Origin: Coprobacillaceae bacterium
GTDB taxonomy: Bacteria; Bacillota_I; Bacilli_A; Erysipelotrichales; Coprobacillaceae
Reading direction: 5' to 3'
NCBI GenBank assembly: GCA_963675915.1
Contig: OY780959.1
Coordinates: 2,190,001-2,222,000, forward strand
Length of the DNA stretch: 32,000 nucleotides
The notes under the pieces were generated by a model. It saw only the letters and a program-made list of their open reading frames with translations, had not been told where the DNA came from and did no database searches. This document shows positions 24,761-32,000 of the stretch, in pieces. The number at the start of each line of letters is the position of its first letter. Positions within the stretch are counted from its first letter, which is position 1. A program made the translations under genes and the position numbers.

Positions 24761-26839
24761 ATGGAACTAAATGAATTAACTGATTTATATGGCGTTATGA
24801 AATTTGATGACGACACAATGAAAACATTGATTCCTAAATCTATCTACAAAGCTTTTCACAAGGCTATCGCAGATGGTGAGGAATTATCTAAAGAATGTGC
24901 TACAGTAATTGCAAATGCAATGAAAATCTGGGCTGTTGAAAATGGGGCAACTCACTTCACTCACTGGTTCTTACCAATGACTGGATTCCCAGCTGAAAAA
25001 CATGACTCATTCCTAGAACCAGAAGGAAACAAAGCAATTTTGGAATTCTCTGGTAAAACATTACGTAAAGGTGAACCTGATGCATCATCATTCCCTTCTG
25101 GTGGATTACGTGCTACTTTCGAAGCTCGTGGATACACTGCATGGGATTTAACTTCACCAGCATTCGTAAAAGACGGAACTTTATATATTCCAACATTATT
25201 CATGTCATACAAAGGGGAAGCTCTTGATAAGAAAACTCCTTTATTGAAATCTGTGGATGTATTATCTAAATCTGTAAAAGCTGTTGCACCTTACATCGGT
25301 TTAGAAGGTGTTAAAGGAGCTACTGCATCAGTAGGTGCTGAACAAGAATACTTCTTAGTATTGGATGAATACTTCCAACAACGTATGGACTTGAAATTAA
25401 CAGGTCGTACATTATTCGGGGCTATGGCTCCAAAAGGTCAAGAATTAGAAGATCATTACTTCGGTTCTTTAAAACGTAAAGTATCTGCATTCATGCATGA
25501 ATTGGATGAAGAATTATGGCGTTACGGAATTCCTTCAAAAACAAAACATAACGAAGTTGCGCCTGCACAACACGAAGTTGCTTGTGTATACGCTAAAGTT
25601 AATGTAACTACTGACAACAACCACTTAACTATGCAAATCATGGAAGATGTTGCTAAAAAACATGGTTTAAGATGTCTGTTACATGAAAAACCATTCGCTG
25701 GTGTTAACGGTTCAGGGAAACATAACAACTGGTCAATCATCACTGATACAGGAATTAACTTATTCAACCCAACTAGCACACCTGCTAAAAACTTACCATT
25801 CATCGCTACTGTTGCTGCAACAGTTAGAGCGGTAGATAAATATGCTGACTTATTACGTATGTCAATCGCTTCTGCCGGAAACGATCATCGTTTAGGAGCA
25901 AACGAAGCTCCACCAGCAATCATCTCTATGTTCTTAGGTGAAGACTTAGAAAAATTAGTAAATGAAATCATCGAAGGTGTAGCTATTTCTGAAAAAGAAT
26001 CTGTACGTTTCTCTACAGGAGTTCCTTACATCCCAACATTCTCTAAAGATACTACAGACCGTAACCGTACATCACCATTCGCGTTTACAGGAAACAAATT
26101 CGAATTCCGTGCTGTAGGTTCAGCTCAATCAATCGCTGGTCCAAACACAATCTTGAATGCAATCTTAGCTGACTCATTCAATGAAATGGCTAAATTAGTT
26201 GAAGAAGGTGCAGATGTAAATGCTGTTATCCGTCAATTCCTAACTGATCACCAACGTGTAATCTTCTCTGGAGATGGATATTCTGAAGAATGGCAAACTG
26301 AAGCTGCTAAACGTGGATTAGAAAACAACAAAGACACAGTTGCTGCATTAAAATGCATCACTGCTGAGAAAAACGTTGCTTTATTAGACGGATTAGGAGT
26401 TTACTCTGAAGCTGAATTAGAATCACGTTTCGAAATCTTATTGGAAAACTATAGCAAAATTATCCGTGTTGAAGGATTAACTGCTTCAAAAATGGCTAAA
26501 ACATTATTATACCCTGCTGCTGTTGATTACTTCGGAAAATTAACTTCTACAGTATTATCAGCAAAAGAAGCTGGTGTTGCTGCTGACTTCGCTGTAGCTG
26601 ATGCTAATGAATTAGCTGCTAAATTAGCAGAAATGAAATCATTAATGGTTGCTTTAGATGAAAAAATCGCTGCATGTGATGCTTCTGAAGCTGCTATGTT
26701 CGATCAAGCTGCAGCTTGGCGTGATGAAGTACACGGTACTGCTGAAGCGTTAAGAGTTGTAACTGACTCAATCGAAGAAGTTGTTGATGCTGCTTACTGG
26801 CCAATTCCTTCTTACGTTGATTTATTATTCGGTGTTTAA
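24761..26839 (+). CDS. glnN: type III glutamine synthetase (GlnN)
   Basis: About 692 aa. The N-terminal ..FDDDTMKTLIPKSIYKAF.., plus EVAPAQHE, NGSGKHNNWS and NRTSPFAFTGNKFEFR, are GSIII signatures. ATG 24761 lies 7 nt after AGGAGG (24748-24753). High-expression codon style. Confidence 0.92.
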   Translation: MELNELTDLYGVMKFDDDTMKTLIPKSIYKAFHKAIADGEELSKECATVIANAMKIWAVENGATHFTHWFLPMTGFPAEKHDSFLEPEGNKAILEFSGKTLRKGEPDASSFPSGGLRATFEARGYTAWDLTSPAFVKDGTLYIPTLFMSYKGEALDKKTPLLKSVDVLSKSVKAVAPYIGLEGVKGATASVGAEQEYFLVLDEYFQQRMDLKLTGRTLFGAMAPKGQELEDHYFGSLKRKVSAFMHELDEELWRYGIPSKTKHNEVAPAQHEVACVYAKVNVTTDNNHLTMQIMEDVAKKHGLRCLLHEKPFAGVNGSGKHNNWSIITDTGINLFNPTSTPAKNLPFIATVAATVRAVDKYADLLRMSIASAGNDHRLGANEAPPAIISMFLGEDLEKLVNEIIEGVAISEKESVRFSTGVPYIPTFSKDTTDRNRTSPFAFTGNKFEFRAVGSAQSIAGPNTILNAILADSFNEMAKLVEEGADVNAVIRQFLTDHQRVIFSGDGYSEEWQTEAAKRGLENNKDTVAALKCITAEKNVALLDGLGVYSEAELESRFEILLENYSKIIRVEGLTASKMAKTLLYPAAVDYFGKLTSTVLSAKEAGVAADFAVADANELAAKLAEMKSLMVALDEKIAACDASEAAMFDQAAAWRDEVHGTAEALRVVTDSIEEVVDAAYWPIPSYVDLLFGV

Positions 26840-26858
26840 TCACCAATAACCTATAAAT

Positions 26859-26891
26859 TAAAAGTTGTCAGGTAATCTGACAACTTTTTTT
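26859..26891 (+). terminator. intrinsic terminator of glnN, which is also the intron insertion target
   Basis: AAAGTTGTCAG (26861-26871), loop GTAAT, CTGACAACTTT (26877-26887), with the T-run continuing to 26891. Confidence 0.85.
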
Positions 26892-27418
26892 GTGGTATGC
26901 CGGGCATGGCATATATCTAGGTGGTGAAAGTCCACTGTGGGGGTGACGTCGCAACTGCCAACCACTAGCCAATATCAAGGGTGTCCATCGTGAGGTGGAA
27001 TCTGAAAGAAGATGGAGGCAAAACCCTGGTCCGAGGTACACAAATCACATATCAGGCAGGTAATGGGGACGAGCGTGCCAAACAACGCGAAGTCATAAGA
27101 GGTTGCGGAATACAACTATTACATGTAAATGTGGCGGATATATGGGGTGAAAGAGATATGACCTTATCCCGGGAGATCTTGCGAGGGAGCAATCCTAGTA
27201 ACAACGAATCGCAAGAAGTCAGCAGACGTCGTAGTAGCGAAGAAGTGGCTGTAATGGCCATGGAGTGAAGGACTGAATGAATCTATCAGTTATTAAAATT
27301 AGGCTTGATTTCATCACGCGAAACCTCAAAGACAGACGAACACACTATCAAGGCCCGAAAGAAGAATGTAGGGGAAGTGAGCCTGGTGAATAGCGAAATC
27401 AATGGAGGTAACGGAAAT

Positions 27419-28702
27419 ATGAATACTGATAACACATTACTTGAAGAAATGCTTAGTGATATCAATCTCAAAAAGGCATATACCTAAGTAAAACGAAACA
27501 AAGGCGCTAGTGGCGTTGATGGAATGAAAGTATTGGACCTCAAAGGACATCTCGATGAACATCTTGATGAAATAAAGGAAATGATACAAAACAGGAAATA
27601 CAAACCACAGCCTGTATTAAGAGTGGAAATACCTAAACTAGATGGTGGAGTTAGAAACCTAGGAGTGCCAACAGTGCTCGACAGGTTCGTTCAACAAGCC
27701 ATCGCCCAGGTATTGATTCCTATATATGAACCCTTGTTCAGCGATAACAGCTACGGTTTTAGACCTAATAGAAATTGTGAGATGGCAATCATCAAATCAT
27801 TGGAATACATGAATGATGGTTTCCAATGGATTGTTGACATTGACTTGGAGAAATTCTTTGATAACATCAACCACGATAAATTGATTACCTTAATCATGAA
27901 AGATGTCAAGAATGGTGAAATTGTATCACTGATAAGAAAATTCCTGGTAAGTGGAATAAGCATTGATGGAGAATACAAAGAGTCAATAATCGGATCAAGC
28001 CAAGGAGGGCCGTTGAGTCCATTGTTGAGTAATATCGTCCTTAACGAACTCGACAAAGAATTGGAGGCTAGAGGGTTGCATTTTACTAGGTACGCTGATG
28101 ACTGCATGATATTTGTCGGTAGCAGTAAAGCTGCAGATAGAGTTATGGAGAATGTGCGAAAGTTCATTGAAAAGAAGTTGGGGCTCAAGGTCAACATGAC
28201 CAAAAGCAAAGTATCCAAACCAAATGATATCAAATACTTGGGATTTGGATTCTATTATGACAACTTCAGCCAGTCATGGAAAGCCAAACCACATGCTAAA
28301 TCAATAGCTATCTTGAAAGATAAGCTCAGAGAACTGACTAATAGAAGTTGGTCAGTATCATGGGAATTTCGCCGAATGAAAATAAGGCAACTTATTTTCG
28401 GGTGGATCAATTACTACCGAATCGGAAATTTCAAATCCAAATGTGCAAGACTGGATGGCTGGATTAGATTTAGAATCCGAATGTACCTGTGGAAGAAATG
28501 GAAAACCATCAAGAACCGTAGAAAACAGTTGAGAAAACTAGGGGCCCAAAGATGGCAATATGAATCATGGTCAAATTCCAGGAAATCATATGCCCGCTGT
28601 GCAAGCGCGTTTCTGCGAACCAAAATAACAAACAAAGTACTCAAAAGAAATGGTCTAGCATCACTGCTAGACCAATATCAGTTAAAACATATTTTAGTAT
28701 AG
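27419..28702 (+). pseudogene. group II intron-encoded reverse transcriptase/maturase (no endonuclease domain) interrupted by an in-frame TAA at 27485-27487
   Basis: MNTDNTLLEEMLSDINLKKAYT*VKRNKGASGVDGM.. reads in one frame across the stop. Downstream are RT motifs YGFRPNRNCEMA and RYADDCMIF (YADD), and the maturase X-domain WINYYRIGN. There are no C-terminal HNH/Zn-finger cysteines. The intact remnant ORF runs 27524-28702. Confidence 0.8.
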
Positions 28703-28708
28703 ATTTAA

Positions 28709-28785
28709 ACCGCCGTATGCCGGACGGCACGTACGGTGGTGTGAGAGGTCGGAAATAAAATTTTATTTATTTCCTCCTACTCGAT
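28709..28785 (+). ncRNA. group II intron catalytic domain V and branch-point domain VI
   Basis: DV: a 9-bp stem (A28709-U28740 to A28717-U28732), a 2-nt bulge C28730-G28731, a 4-bp stem, and loop GGAC. The triad is C28711-G28712-C28713, with G12 paired to U37 as a wobble. DV is followed by GTG. DVI: GAGAGG and GGAAATAAA pair with TTTATTTCC and CCT-A-CTC, leaving A28779 unpaired. Confidence 0.8.
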
Positions 28786-28813
28786 TGTTCAAAAGAGAAA
28801 CGTTGCATATAAT
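28785..28813 (+). promoter_or_regulatory. sigma-70-type promoter-like element with no downstream ORF
   Basis: TTGTTC (28785-28790), 17-nt spacer, TATAAT (28808-28813). See the finding on the orphan transcription unit. Confidence 0.4.
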
Positions 28814-28926
28814 GGTCTTAATTTGCGTGCCACGGGTCTTAATCGGATGGGATGGTTCAATGTTCGTATGAACGATTACGGCTGCTTAGGGCGTGAATAA
28901 TTCAGTTATTTAAAACAAAGACGAAA

Positions 28927-28959
28927 TAAAAAAGTATGAACTTAATCATACTTTTTTTT
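28927..28959. terminator. bidirectional intrinsic terminator (ends the 6-phospho-beta-glucosidase gene on the minus strand)
   Basis: A-run, AGTATGA (28933-28939), a 6-nt loop, TCATACT (28946-28952), then TTTTTTT. Confidence 0.75.
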
Positions 28960-28961
28960 GA

Positions 28962-30398
<1,437 letters not shown>

Positions 30399-30458
30399 TT
30401 ATGTACAGTTCCAATTATATTACGAAAGAAGTGGTTAACGGATATTTTTTCAGTTAAA

Positions 30459-30482
30459 GAAAAAGATGGATTTCTCCATCTT
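30459..30482 (-). terminator. intrinsic terminator after bcp
   Basis: The minus strand reads AGATGGA-GAAA-TCCATCT followed by TTTTT. It overlaps the bcp stop codon. Confidence 0.65.
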
Positions 30483-30942
30483 AATCCAGATCTTCAAGGA
30501 CTTTTTTGACGTGGTCATTGACTCTGGTTACTTTATATACTTTTTCAACTTGGCCTAGTTCGTTCAACACGTAGGTTGTTCGGACAACCCCCATATACTC
30601 CTTGCCATAGTTTTTCTTAAGCTGCCATACTCCGTAAGCTTTGATTACGTCGAGATTTGGATCGCTTAAAATCTCAAAGTTGAGTTCGTTGTTGGTTGCG
30701 AATTTCAAATGGGATTTGACCGAATCTTTGGAAATTCCCAGAACGACAGCATTTTTTTCATCGAAATATTCGACACGATCGCGGAAATCACAAGCTTCCT
30801 TAGTACATCCCGAAGTGGAATCCTTAGGGTAAAAATATAAAATCACTTTTTGTCCCAAATAGTCAGAAAGGCTGATTTCCTTTCCGTCTTTGTTTTGCAG
30901 TGTAAAATCAGGAGCACTGCTTCCTATATCTAGATATGCCAT
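30481..30942 (-). CDS. bcp: thioredoxin-dependent thiol peroxidase (Bcp-type peroxiredoxin)
   Basis: The motif FYPKDSTSGCTKEAC contains the peroxidatic Cys. 153 aa. RBS AGAGGTGA. Confidence 0.9.
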   Translation of the reverse strand: MAYLDIGSSAPDFTLQNKDGKEISLSDYLGQKVILYFYPKDSTSGCTKEACDFRDRVEYFDEKNAVVLGISKDSVKSHLKFATNNELNFEILSDPNLDVIKAYGVWQLKKNYGKEYMGVVRTTYVLNELGQVEKVYKVTRVNDHVKKVLEDLD

Positions 30943-31017
30943 ATTATCACCTCTTTAGATAATTGTAGCAGTTTTTGAGAGATAAGGGTACTGATATGCA
31001 TTCAAGTTGAGGAAGGG

Positions 31018-32000
31018 TTACATTTGCAACATTTCCCACTCCTCCATCTGATCTTCCAGCTGGGTTTCCAGGGAATTGATCTGATCGGATATTTCATTGT
31101 ATTTTTGATAATCATCAACCACTTCATTGCTGACAAGTAACTGACCGAGTTCTTCGAGTTCCGCTTCCAGTTTCGAAATTTTGGCTTCGACCCTGCGCAA
31201 CTGGTTCTGGTTTTTGCGCAAAAGGGTTTTCTCCTGCTTGTGCTGGATATAACTGGAGTTGTCTTTGGCTTCACTGGCGCCATAGTCGGCTTTGACAGTC
31301 AGGTAATGTTCGTAATTGCCAGGGATTTCGTTGACACCTTGCGGGGTCAGTTCGATAATCTTGGTGGCCAGCTTGTTGATGAAGAAGCGGTCGTGGCTGA
31401 TAAAGATGATTGTTCCGTCATAGTCCATCAGGGCATCTTCCAAAACCTCTTTTGAAGCAATGTCAAGGTGGTTGGTCGGTTCGTCAAGAATCAGGAAGTT
31501 GGCTTTTTTAAGCAAAATCTTGGCTAAAAGAACCCGACCTTTTTCTCCTCCCGAAAGCAGGGCAATCTCCTTGAAGACATCGTCGTTTCTGAAATTGAAC
31601 AGGGCCAGGGTTGAACGGATTTCAGTATTGGTCATTTTGGGATAGGCATCGGAAATTTCGTTGAAAATCGGATTCGAGAAATTAAGCGATGTATGTTCCT
31701 GGTCATAATATGCCATTTCGACTTTGGCCCCGATTTTTATTTTACCTGAAGAAGGACGCAATTGCTGAGTAATCAGGCGCAACAGAGTGGTCTTACCGAC
31801 CCCATTGGCACCGACCAGACAGATTCGATCCTGCTTTTTGATTTCAAAATTCACATCCTTGAAAAGTGGAGTTGCAAAAGTCATTCCAAGGTTGGTGACC
31901 TTCAAAACGTCATAACCGGATTCGACTTTGGCGGTAAAATTCATCCGGATTGATTCCGGGAGCGATTCCGGCCTGTCAATCAGTTCGATTTTATCAAGCT
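31018..32000 (-). CDS. ABC-F family ATPase (second ABC domain plus C-terminal coiled coil); the N-terminal part lies beyond the window
   Basis: Walker A GANGVGKTT, signature LSGGEKGR, Walker B LILDEPTNHLD, and a Glu/Gln-rich coiled-coil tail. The frame stays open from 31944 to nt 32000 (..LDKIELIDRPESLPESIRMNF..), so Met 31944 is internal. Confidence 0.88.
   Translation of the reverse strand, partial: LDKIELIDRPESLPESIRMNFTAKVESGYDVLKVTNLGMTFATPLFKDVNFEIKKQDRICLVGANGVGKTTLLRLITQQLRPSSGKIKIGAKVEMAYYDQEHTSLNFSNPIFNEISDAYPKMTNTEIRSTLALFNFRNDDVFKEIALLSGGEKGRVLLAKILLKKANFLILDEPTNHLDIASKEVLEDALMDYDGTIIFISHDRFFINKLATKIIELTPQGVNEIPGNYEHYLTVKADYGASEAKDNSSYIQHKQEKTLLRKNQNQLRRVEAKISKLEAELEELGQLLVSNEVVDDYQKYNEISDQINSLETQLEDQMEEWEMLQM

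Larger units (their letters stand above)
26892..28785 (+). mobile_element. bacterial class C (IIC) group II intron, about 1.9 kb, with an internal RT/maturase ORF
   Basis: The 5' end is GTGGTATGCCGGGCATGG. Domain I blocks CAAGGGTGTCC (26976-26986) and GAAGTCAGCAGACGTCGTAGTA (27215-27236) are present. The RT ORF sits in domain IV. Canonical domain V is at 28709-28740. Domain VI has bulged A28779, 7 nt before the predicted 3' end (..GAT, 28785). Boundaries are +/- a few nt. Confidence 0.85.

Noticed and set aside
26981-27268. A 95-aa ORF (MSIVRWNLKEDGG...) and its antisense partner at 27052-27261.
   Set aside because: They lie inside domain I of the group II intron ribozyme. The sequence is explained by conserved RNA blocks, and there is no RBS.
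27485-27487. The idea that TAA is read as a sense codon (alternative genetic code or programmed recoding) in the intron ORF.
   Set aside because: TAA cleanly terminates several well-defined genes in the same window (fba, rpmE, EIIC, glnN) at their expected C-termini. A simple nonsense mutation or a sequencing error is far more likely.
28850-28885. A possible degenerate second domain V (CGTATGAACGATTACGG) that would suggest a remnant of another intron copy.
   Set aside because: Only a 4-bp stem can be drawn. There is no bulge or triad architecture and no flanking intron-like sequence.

Overview
This is a chromosomal window from a low-GC Gram-positive (Bacillota-type) genome using genetic code 11: TGA and TAA both end genes, Trp is TGG, and GGAGG-type RBSs are common. 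All product names come from motifs read by eye; no searches were run.

Most of the window is housekeeping, in this order:
- 5'-truncated Cof-type HAD phosphatase, MATE efflux pump, and a 475-aa orphan protein
- a Zn/Mn-type ABC importer (lipoprotein, ATPase, permease) and glycerate kinase
- an ArsR-family regulator with a small thioredoxin-fold protein
- an RNA/DNA methyltransferase and a DAG-kinase-family lipid kinase
- RlmA, a TrmH-family methylase and an L,D-transpeptidase
- fba, murA, rpmE, a WalJ-like MBL hydrolase and rlmH
- a protein with a SWIM-like motif, cyclophilin, a GyrI-like protein and a YfcE-type phosphoesterase

The right-hand third is the more interesting part:
- Two tandem paralogous GntR/HutC regulators precede an orphan cellobiose-type PTS EIIC. 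A small membrane protein, a type III glutamine synthetase (glnN) and a convergent GH1 6-phospho-beta-glucosidase follow.
- An about 1.9-kb class C (IIC) group II intron sits immediately behind the glnN intrinsic terminator. Its reverse-transcriptase ORF carries an in-frame TAA.
- A 14-nt motif recurs upstream of the first GntR gene and twice upstream of the EIIC promoter.
- A perfect TTGTATACAA palindrome overlaps the glnN promoter.
- A promoter-plus-terminator unit with no ORF lies just 3' of the intron.

Bcp peroxiredoxin and a partial ABC-F ATPase close the window. I found no CRISPR array, rRNA, tRNA, transposase or obvious defence island, and I cannot point to a clearly novel multi-gene system.
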